Positions 1-8,082 of a stretch of DNA of 11,829 bases are shown one piece after another. How positions within the stretch are numbered: the stretch's first letter is position 1; each line of letters begins with the position of its first letter. Made by a program: the position numbers and the translations under genes. The notes below the pieces were generated by a model. It worked only from the letters and a program-made list of their open reading frames with translations. It was not told the DNA's origin and searched no databases. The stretch comes from Octopus sinensis (Eukaryota): positions 1 to 11,829 of the forward strand of contig NW_021826872.1 in the NCBI RefSeq assembly GCF_006345805.1. Direction: 5' to 3'.

Positions 1-235
1 CAACGGAATGAACCGAGCTAAAGATAGCGCCTTTACGTCATCAGTCGACCCAACAGAAATAGCAGCCAAACCTCCTTTAAATCACACTTCACCTTCTTAA
101 GAAAAGGGAAGGTCATACGTCAGATAATACGCTTTTAGATAATTCTTCGCCGTCCCAAAGACAGGATGGTCATGTAAAGGATGTGTCTGATTTTAAAGGC
201 TGTTCGATCAAGATTGATCTGGCTTTTAAAAAAAT
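1..235 (+). mobile_element. Diverged fragment of an octopus interspersed repeat (probably SINE-like), 3' part
   Basis: agaaatagcagccaaacctcctttaaatcacac...ggatggtcat...gttcgatcaagattgatctgg matches my recollection of a common Octopus repeat and ends in an A-rich tail. Not verified by search; the 5' end runs off the window. Confidence 0.4.
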
Positions 236-282
236 ATATCGGCAGCAGAATGGCTACGACAGCAATATACAAAGAAATCAAC

Positions 283-326
<44 letters not shown>

Positions 327-369
327 CAGCAGCAGCAGTAGTAATAGTAGTAGTAATAGTAGTAGTAGT

Positions 370-414
<45 letters not shown>

Positions 415-530
415 TAGTAGTAGTAATATTAGTAGTAGTTGTAGCAGCAGTTGTGGTGGTGGTGGTGGTCAAAGTAATGATGGTAGTAGTAGTAATAGTA
501 GTGGTGGTAGTGTTGTATGTTGTTGCTACT
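283..530. repeat. (AGT)n microsatellite degenerating into GTA/GTG triplets
   Basis: Seen directly; accounts for the poly-Ser, poly-Val, poly-Thr and poly-Tyr ORFs. Confidence 0.97.
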
Positions 531-635
531 ACAGCAGTAATGTCAGCTACAGAGACTACAGCAGCAGAAACGTTGGCATCATCATCTTCATCAGCATCAG
601 CAGCATCTGCAGCATCAGCAGCAACAATATCACGC
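531..635. repeat. Degenerate (GCA/TCA)n triplet tract
   Basis: gcatcatcatcttcatcagcatcagcagcatctgcagcatcagcagca seen directly. Confidence 0.8.
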
Positions 636-699
636 ACCCCCGACCCCTCCTGAAAAAATGGCAACAGCAGCACCAAAAACATCCAGAAGGAACAACAGT

Positions 700-1140
700 T
701 CCATCACCGCCACCACCACCACCACAACCAACACCACCACAGCCAGCACCACAAACAAGAACAACAACAGCACCACCATCAACAACACCACCACCACCCT
801 CAAAAGCACCACCATCAACACCACTACCACCACCTCCACCACCACTACCATCACCCTCAAGAGCACCACCATCAACAACACCACCACCACCACTGCCACC
901 ACCATCAACAGCACCACCACCACCACCACCCTCAACAGCACCATCACCACCATCACCACCACCACCACCACAACCATTAACACCACCACCATCAACACCA
1001 CCACTACTACTACCACCACCACCACCACCACCACCATCAACAACCACTACCATCAACAACACCACAACCACTATAACGACGACGACGGCAACCACCACCA
1101 TCACCACCACCACCACTACCACCACCAACAACAACAATAG
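700..1140. repeat. (ACC/AAC)n triplet tract with a higher-order ~25-bp subunit
   Basis: Seen directly. The subunit accctcaaNagcacca recurs at 796, 853 and 928. Confidence 0.95.
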
Positions 1141-1149
1141 CCATACAAG

Positions 1150-1620
1150 CAATAGCAGCGGCAGCAGCAGTCGTAGTAGTAGTGGTGATGGTGGTAGGAG
1201 CAGCACTCTAATGAATATGGAGAGCAAGGCATAAGAGTATGTGATGGGTGTGGTTGGGGTGGAGGAGAGGAAGGGGACACAATGTGACGTGGAGGGAATG
1301 AACAATTATGTGGTATGTTTGTGTGAACGATGGCGGTGGTGGTGGTGATGGTGACGGCGATTGTTGTTTGGGTAAGGTGGTGGTGGAGGCGAAAAATAGT
1401 TGTAGATGGGGAGGTGGATGAGGTGGTGGTGGTGGTGGTGTGGTGGTGGTGACGGTGGTGTTGGTGGCGTTGGTAGTTGTAATGATGTTGATAGCGGAGG
1501 CGGTGGTATTTGTGGATTGTAGATGGGTATAGGGCGAGGGGGAAGGAAAGGAAGGCGGCTGTTGTGGTGGTGGGGAGGGTGATGCTGATGATGCTGGTGG
1601 TGGTGGTGGTGGAATTGGAA
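1150..1620. repeat. Degenerate (GGT)n / (GTA)n triplet tract, complementary in polarity to 700-1140
   Basis: Runs of ggtggtggt at ~1330-1350, 1375-1390, 1420-1470 and 1560-1610. Confidence 0.9.
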
Positions 1621-1639
1621 TGAATGAATTTGTTTGGAA

Positions 1640-2110
1640 AGAAAATGTAGGAGAGAGAGATAGAGAATGAGAGAGAGAGGGGGGAAAGTGAGATAGAGAG
1701 TAAAATGGAGAGAGAGAGGGAGGGAGAGGGAAACAGGCAGAGAGGGAGAGTCAGAAACGCCCTTCCTTTATCTCTTCTCTCCCAGACAGAGAAACAAGAA
1801 TCGATAAGGAGAGTAAGGGAAGGAGATATTTTCATGTGGAGAGAAGAATTCATTGATGGTTGCTGATATGGTTGAATAAATGTAGCAGCGACTGGTCTGT
1901 AGGAGAGTATTTGGGAGAAAGGGGAGAGTAAGGAGACGCCGAGCGGCTGATTGAACGAGGATGTGAGGTGTGGAGAGCGAGGCAGAAAGAACGAGAGTAT
2001 AGGCATTGAATGAGAGAGGCCGAGAAGCAGAGAGACAGAACATAGAGGGAAAGAGAGTCGAAAGAAGTATGGAGAGAGAGAGAGAGCGTGTGTGTGTGTG
2101 TATATGTGCG
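1640..2110. repeat. Purine-rich (GA)n low-complexity tract ending in (GT)n
   Basis: gagagagaga runs with strong purine skew; source of the Leu/Ser-rich minus-strand ORFs. Confidence 0.85.
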
Positions 2111-2605
2111 TGCTTAGGAGGGTGTTCGTGTGAAAGATTGGCAGATATTATGTAAAAGAGCGAGACCAGTGAATGAAATGTATTTAGGCGAGGTAGCTGC
2201 TTTACTCCGATCATGGACATTACTGTGGTAACAGTGGAAGAGATGTATGGATTTAGTACTTAGAAAGGCGTTGAAGAGTGAAATATTGTCAAGGAGAGAA
2301 ACGGTATGAAATCTGCAGACACGTAATCGGTGCATAGTTCCAGATGTGTGCGTTTTATTCTAGACAAGAGGCATACCACGTATTTATTTTATAGATTCAG
2401 CAGCTGTTTCAAAATGAATTATGATGTGGTTTTGAAGGGGAACGTCAGGTTGATGAGATACAATCTTGGTTTTGTAAAAGATAATGTGGTCACTATAAAA
2501 AAACATATTGGATATAGTTAAGTCTAGATTTTATAAAGAATGTTACAATAAAAAAATATTAGGGCCCATCTGATGTTTTAGTTGCTTAGTACGCTATATA
2601 AAATA

Positions 2606-2869
2606 GTGAAGGCGCGTGGCCATAGTGAAAGGGGTGGCTTAGGGGTTTGTGTCGTGATTCCCGGAAGCACGTTGAGATCTTCAATAAGACTCTTTATGTT
2701 ATGGTCCTTCAGGCTACTCAGGTGGCAAAAATGAGTGGTACCTGTGTCACACCGAATATTCCTGAGAACTACTTTAAGGGTACGCGTGTCTGTGAATTGC
2801 TCAGCCACGTTAATTTAAAGAGCAGGTTGTTCCGTTGATTGGATCAACTGGAACCCACGTCATCGTAAC
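2606..2869 (+). mobile_element. Diverged tRNA-derived SINE (gtgaaggcg head family)
   Basis: Head gtgaaggcgcgtggc has a degenerate A box and a gattcccgg B-box remnant. The body (ggcaaaaatgagtggtacctg...cctgagaactac...gttccgttgattggatcaactggaaccc) matches my recollection of an Octopus SINE. Same head as 3730-3911. Confidence 0.65.
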
Positions 2870-2876
2870 TTGTATA

Positions 2877-3729
2877 CGAGGGGTGTATGAAAAGTTTTGA
2901 GACTAACCGAGAAACGGGGCTGCTAGGGAGCTGAAAGAATTTTTTCTGGTAAGTACAGTCTTTTCGGAGTACTCTTGCTCATTTTCATGATTCTGATATG
3001 AAATTTTTTTTTGTTGTTGCAGATTTTTGAATAAACAAATGTCGAGGTTACAAGGAAAATGGAGAAAACTGACATCGTGCTGTCAGAAAGTACCTAATTC
3101 TGAAAGGTATGACTCCATCAGAAATCCATGAAGATATGTTGAGAACCTTAACAGAGAATACTCCTTCAAATGCAACAATCAAGCACTGGATAGATAAATT
3201 CCAGTGTGGCAGGGAAAGTGCGGAAGATGATCTTAGACCAGGGAGACCTCCAACTGCAACCATCGAGGACAACATTGACCTTGGCTCTTGGTATGATAAT
3301 GCAAGCTCGTCGAATATCATGTCGTCAGATAGCCGAGAGACTGGGCATCTCAGCTGAAAGCGCAGACAACATTGAGACAAAAGAACTTGGGTCCTCAAAG
3401 GTTTCTGCAAGGTGGGTCCCTCGCCTTTTGACTCCTGAACAGAAACGCACCAATTGCACTTTGTCCACGAGCAATCTGAAACTGTTTGAAGCCGGTGAAG
3501 AGAATTTTCTTGCTCGTTTCATTACTATGGACGAAAGTTGGGTTAATCACCACCAGCCTGAAACCAAAGAACAATCAAAGTAGTGGAAGCAAACATCTTC
3601 TTCTACCCCAAAGAAGGCCAGGGGCATTCCTTCAGCTGGCCTTTTTGGGATTCTCAAGGTGTCTTGCTGATCGACTGCCTTGAAAAGGGTCACACCGTGA
3701 CAGGGCTGTATTATTCTCAGGTATTGAAA
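2877..3729 (+). mobile_element. Mariner (Tc1/mariner, irritans-like) DNA transposon, 3'-deleted
   Basis: TA at 2875-2876 is followed by a typical mariner left TIR (CGAGGGGTGTATGAAAAGT) and a transposase relic. I found no right TIR in the window. Confidence 0.93.
3059..3729 (+). pseudogene. Mariner transposase pseudogene (frameshifts, TAG at 3581-3583, C-terminus missing)
   Basis: Stitched frames read MEKT..RAV.KYLILKGMTPSEIHEDM...GRESAEDD.RPGRP (HTH region), KVSARWVPRLLT (WVPxxL motif), RFITMDESWV (first catalytic Asp), PKKA..IPSAG..FWDSQGVLLIDCLEKGHTVTGLYY. The later catalytic Asp residues and the YSPDL motif are absent. Confidence 0.93.
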
Positions 3730-3911
3730 CGCCCATGCATACCATGGCAAAAGGGCTGATACAACTGGGCACCAGCGATGTCGAAATTCATTTCTACAGC
3801 TGATATAAAGTGTCTTGCTCAAGAACACAACACGCAGCCCGGTCCGGGTATCGAGCTCACAACCTCGCGATCGTAAGCTCGAAGCTTTAGCCGTTGAACA
3901 TACGCCTTCAC
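3730..3911 (-). mobile_element. tRNA-derived SINE, 3'-truncated
   Basis: Reverse complement reads gtgaaggcgtatgttcaacggctaaagc (A-box-like), ggttgtgagctcgataccc (B-box-like), gtgttgtgttcttgagcaagacacttt (common SINE core), then cagctgtagaaatga...tggtatgcatgggcg. Confidence 0.75.

Positions 3912-3962
<51 letters not shown>
3912..3962. repeat. (TA)n microsatellite
   Basis: Seen directly. Confidence 0.98.
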
Positions 3963-3967
<5 letters not shown>

Positions 3968-3997
3968 CACTAAATTACGGAGAAAAAAAACTTCATT

Positions 3998-4070
3998 AGC
4001 TTACAGCTGTTTCTGCTGTCAGATGCAATGCACACACAATTCTAAATCCACCTATAGCTTCATTGGAACT
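3998..4070 (-). ncRNA. Degenerate minimal type I hammerhead-like motif
   Basis: Minus strand: agtt-CCAATGA (5/7 match to CUGANGA)-a-gct...agc-a-GAAAC-agct-GTA-agct. Helix III is the perfect palindrome ACAGCTGT; helix I has 4 bp including one wobble. The core is mutated. Confidence 0.4.
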
Positions 4071-4180
4071 TCAAAAGCGAAGTGCAATATTATTTGGGAA
4101 AGCATTTACATTTATAATCACACCCACCCCGCAAAAACACGTTATTAATATCGCAAAGCTTGAGCGAAACAATGATTACG

Positions 4181-4358
4181 GTTTCAAATTTTGGTGGGCA
4201 AGGTCAGTAATGTTTGGAGATGGGTAAGTCATTTATATCGACCCTAGTGTTCAAGTGGTACTATTTTATCGACATCGAAAGGAAGAAAGGCAAAGTCGAT
4301 TTCGGCGGAACTTGAAAGAACGTAAGGAAGAAATATCGCGAAATATTTTGCTCTTCGT
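4181..4358 (-). mobile_element. Diverged SINE (ggggtcgat-core family, tail type B), head truncated
   Basis: atcgaccctagtg...gaaaggaagaaaggcaaagtcgatttcggcggaacttgaa is the reverse complement of the core seen at 7060-7150 and 9065-9160. Confidence 0.85.
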
Positions 4359-4365
4359 TTTTATA

Positions 4366-4764
4366 CACGAAAAAGGTGACCATTGACAGGATACCTTACA
4401 TGCTAGAAAGGGCAGTTAAAGCCCAAATCACGAATAAGAGCAATTTCAAAGGAAATGAAAACAAAAACTAATTTTGTATTGCGCTTGCGCAGTCGACTTC
4501 AAAATAATAATGTATAAGTATGTAGCAAGTGTATTTTCGGTGCTATTTGCTGCATAGATATACATTAATTTTAGCGCCCTCACTGAAGAAGTACGGATGG
4601 CATATTAATTTATTTTGCACATTGATACAGAAACTCGAGTCTGAGGTTAACTACAAAAATATTTTTTACTTTCATTCCCTTTGAAATTGCTCTTATTTGT
4701 GGTTTAGGCTTTAACTGCCCTTCCTTGCTTGTAAGGTGTCCTGTTACAGGTCGCCTCTTTCGTG
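4366..4764. mobile_element. 399-bp element with 102-bp ungapped inverted arms, flanked by TA/TATA (MITE-like or Penelope-like pLTR with inverted tail)
   Basis: 4366-4467 versus the reverse complement of ~4663-4764 gives 15 mismatches and no gaps by hand count (~85% identity). Ends are tata|CACG...CGTG|tata. Confidence 0.88.
4578..4646 (+). ncRNA. Candidate minimal type I hammerhead ribozyme
   Basis: Helix I CCTCA (4578-82) pairs with TGAGG (4642-46). Core CTGAAGA at 4583-89. Helix II GTA/TAC. GAAA at 4630-33. Palindromic helix III ACTCGAGT. Predicted cleavage after GTC at 4641. Imperfect A.A at the base of helix II. Confidence 0.65.
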
Positions 4765-4888
4765 TATAAATACATAAATTGTTATTATACTATTATATAC
4801 GAAAATATGTTGTCTATTGACTTTATTACGCACGCTAGGCACCGGTATGGAAATGTTTCTAAATTATGTACCCTTATTATTTTCACGG

Positions 4889-4951
<63 letters not shown>

Positions 4952-5000
4952 ATATCTATATCTATCTATATATTATATATATACACACACACACATATAT
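4889..5000. repeat. Compound (TATC)n-(TA)n-(CA)n microsatellite
   Basis: Seen directly. Confidence 0.97.
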
Positions 5001-6001
5001 GTTCACATCAATGTTGTGGAGTTCAACTGTAAAGCATGAGATTATCAGATGTTTGTCCAGATTCACTTGAAATACTTTCTAGAGAAATTCGAGATCCCAT
5101 TAATTAATTATAAAAAAATAACAAAACAAAATAAAATGATTTCATGACAGGTAAATTACTTCTTATTATTTATGAGAAAATAGTTGTAATTGATTGAATG
5201 AATTTTTGTGTATAACAATTCATTACGTATATCAATCCCTGATATCTTAAAGGAGAACGTGAAGATAGGTAAGTTAATACAAGGTATATGCGGTCCGCAG
5301 AACTCTGTCCATTTCCATTTTGTCATAAACCATATTTCATTCTTAAATTGCTTTTGTGGATAGTGTTTATATTATAGGATGCGTTAATTAATTAAACATC
5401 AAGAGTATACTGCTGATTACACATTGTTTTTATTTAATTACATAAAAGTAGAAATTATTTTATCTATGTTTAAATGATCGATATCTAAATATGACAAAAA
5501 TTTGCTTAATGTAATTATTGGCAGTATCAATATTGCAACAGAAGTGCATACCATTACAGACAAGAACCCTTAAAGCATATACATTCATTTACAATACAAG
5601 GGATGCTGTGATATAAAAAGCGAAGTGAATAAAAAGATATTCTATTAATGGTCAGTCAGGTACACGAAATTTTTCTAAACGGAATCAAATCTCCAAGACA
5701 CTGAGTCTATAAACTTGTTGATCATAATATTTCGTATTTCTTTTTTATTTCTCCTTTCCTATCTTTATCTTTTTCCCCAATATATAATAGAAATTTCATT
5801 GGATTTCATTTGTTATCGCCTCCCTTCCATATCTTTATCTATATATATAATGGATAATAAAACGAATGGTTTACACCTGGTAACTCACTGGTAAAGCACG
5901 GCTACTTTCACAGTGATCGTTATTTATATGGCAAATGAAAGACGGAGAATTTATTATTAATCACGATAATTGTTGATTGTCCCACCGATGAGGGATCGAT
6001 G

Positions 6002-6089
<88 letters not shown>

Positions 6090-6162
6090 ATATCTATGAT
6101 ATATATATAATATATATTATATATATATATATTATATATATATATATATATATACATATATA
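6002..6162. repeat. Compound (CTAT)n-(TA)n microsatellite
   Basis: Seen directly. Confidence 0.97.
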
Positions 6163-6359
6163 ATTAAATACGGGTAGAAATTGATATTAATCAATTACAA
6201 CCAGTGGCCTAGCATATTTTAAAAAAATCGAAGATAAAAATTTTTTTCTACATACAAAATTTAGAGGATTGACCACTAAAAAATGGACAGCCTATATGCT
6301 AGATATAGATGTCAAATTCGTCATTTTCCACGAAGAATGTGTTCCACATTATAAATTTT
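6163..6359. mobile_element. Probable repeat fragment embedded between (TA)n tracts
   Basis: Flanked by TA runs on both sides. Contains cctatatgctagatatagatgtcaaa (6291-6316), similar to the arm motif at 4394-4420 and 10978-11003. Confidence 0.35.
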
Positions 6360-6445
6360 GTATATATATATATATATATATACCTGTGGAAGTTTGTGTG
6401 TGTATACACAGGCACACACATACACATATAGTCTTATATATATAC
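6360..6445. repeat. (TA)n/(TG)n/(CA)n compound microsatellite
   Basis: Seen directly. Confidence 0.9.
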
Positions 6446-6819
6446 ATGTTGGAGTGACATTGGTCTCTGCAATATTCTGATTTTCCTGCTTTTTGGGGGA
6501 ATTTCTCGATTATTTCTGTGGTAAACTTCAACCGATCATCGTCACACTGAAAATTCCACGTGTGACTCAAACGACAAACTCATCAACAAAGTTTCCAAAT
6601 AGGCTGGACTTACACGATGTTTAATAGATGTTCCACTCTCAAAATCGAAAAAAACTAATCTTAAACTCATCCAACCAAAACATTTTGGGATCAGCTTGTC
6701 TTTGTCCAATTCTCTTTCTCTTGTGCGAAATAAATGTAGACACGTGGGTTTCGTTTTTTAAGAAAAATCTACTTTTTCTTTAACTCAAAATCCTAAAATT
6801 CTTTTGTCGATTTTTTCAT

Positions 6820-7660
6820 GGTATTGAAACAGATCCACAAATGGCAAAACTATCGAAAGTTGTTCAAATTGTCCACACCATTCAAACTCCAGTTTTACAC
6901 CGTCCATGGATGAATGTATTGATCCATCACATCACTGATGTCAAAATAATCCCCAGTTTATATTAGCGATATTCACAAAATGGGAGGGCGGTGAGCTGGC
7001 AGAATCGTTAGCACGCCGGTCGAAATGCGCAGCCGTATTTCGTCTGCCGTTACGTTCTGAGTTCAAATTCCGCCGAGGTCGATTTTGCCTTTCATCCTTT
7101 CGGGGTCGATAAATTAAGTATCAGTTACGCACTGGGGTCGATATAATCGACTTAATACCTATGTCTGTCCTTGTTTGTCCCCTTTGTGTTTAGCCCCTTG
7201 TGAGTAGTAAAGAAATAGGTATTTCGTCCGCCGTTACATTGTGAGTTCAAATAAGGCGGCGAGCTGGCAGAAATATTATCACGCCGGGCGAAATGCTCTG
7301 CGGTATTTCGTCCGCCGTTACGTTGTGAGTTCAAATTCCACCGAGGTCGACTTTGCCCTTCATCCTTTCGGGGTCGTTAAATTAAGTACCAGCCACGCAC
7401 TGGGGTCGATGTAATCGACTTAATCCGTCTGTCTGTCCTTGTTTGTCCCCTCTATATTTGGCCCCTTGTGGGTAATAAAGAAACAGATATTCACAAAATG
7501 GCGCTCAGCAGTTACTGAGTATCAAGATTCTGCAGCTAACAGAACGGAAAGACCAGTTCAGCTTATGTAATTGGACAATTCTCGATGGCGACTTTGATGA
7601 AAATCTTTTTAAGTTTGCCAAACACAAAAGATCTTGGAATGAATGTAATCAAGTAGATAT
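6820..7660 (+). pseudogene. Possible highly decayed LINE (L2/CR1/Crack-like) APE endonuclease relic, interrupted by the SINE insertion
   Basis: With the SINE and one TSD removed, one frame reads KIIPSLY*RYS...WTILDGDFDENLFKFAKH, loosely resembling IIVGxIYRxP...LLGDFNxDLLK. The downstream PTR/IDxIF motifs are not seen. Confidence 0.25.
6984..7485 (+). mobile_element. Chimeric tandem SINE insertion (monomer + 35-bp stub + monomer) inside a single 16-bp TSD
   Basis: TSD GATATTCACAAAATGG at 6968-6983 and 7486-7501. Copy 1 at 6984-7217, stub at 7218-7252, copy 2 at 7253-7485. tRNA-like head ggcggcgagctggcagaa...gagttcaaattcc. Confidence 0.93.
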
Positions 7661-7976
7661 TAACAGCAAGTCTTAATAACGTCGTATGATGAAGAATATT
7701 AAAATTAAAGCAGTTTTCTTTTTCAAATATATCTTAAAAGTAGCATTAATTTGCTTACTTTATTAATACTGTCAATATATCCATTATATTAATCATATTT
7801 TTGTGGTTAAACTGACTTCGTTGAAACGAGAAGTAACTTACTTTTGTAGTTATTCATAGTTTGACTAGTTAACGATTAAATAATCGGACGCAATTAATGC
7901 TTACATTTCGCTGTACTCGTGTCTTTAAAAACTAAGTGACGCCATCATCTCCCTCGCTTCCTTTGTGTTTGTACAA

Positions 7977-7999
7977 ACACACACACACACACACACACA

Positions 8000-8032
<33 letters not shown>

Positions 8033-8067
8033 CACACACATACACACACTCACACATACACACACAC
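7977..8067. repeat. (CA)n microsatellite
   Basis: Seen directly. Confidence 0.98.
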
Positions 8068-8082
8068 TCATCATAATACTAT

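Noticed and set aside
181-2220. Long Ser/Val/Thr/Gly/Leu-rich ORFs, including the Gly-rich 556-1305 (-) ORF resembling a structural protein
   Set aside because: Several overlapping frames on both strands are open simply because the ACC/GGT, AGT and GA repeats lack stops. No domain, signal peptide or splice context supports them.
2395-2450. Possible fourth hammerhead on the minus strand (CTGACGT...GAAACAGCTGC)
   Set aside because: Two core positions are wrong and neither helix I nor helix II pairs.
5065-5097. GAAATTCGAGATC resembling GAAACTCGAGTC
   Set aside because: No CTGANGA upstream and no helix I.
5253-5274. Perfect splice donor AG|GTAAGT with a possible 16-nt micro-exon
   Set aside because: Weak acceptor, length not a multiple of three and no partner exons. 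Such hexamers are expected by chance in AT-rich DNA.
4073-5627. 12-bp direct repeat aaaagcgaagtg at 4073-4084 and 5616-5627 as a possible TSD
   Set aside because: The enclosed 1.5 kb is a patchwork of unrelated elements rather than one unit, so this is probably chance.
5980-5998. CCGATGAGG resembling a hammerhead core
   Set aside because: No downstream GAAAC or helix III; it runs directly into a microsatellite.
6203-6302. Crossing inverted repeats (ctagcatat/atatgctag and agtgg/ccact) suggesting a pseudoknot
   Set aside because: Only 9 and 5 bp in AT-rich sequence, with a single copy and no covariation evidence.
6984-7080. tRNA-like sequences with A/B boxes (also at 2606, 3911, 8992, 10298, 10703)
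   Set aside because: These are SINE heads continuing into core and tail sequence, with no complete cloverleaf; not tRNA genes.
6984-7485. Repeated ggggtcgat units resembling a CRISPR or other regularly spaced array
   Set aside because: They are internal motifs of tandem SINE copies. There are no unique spacers or cas genes, and the context is eukaryotic.
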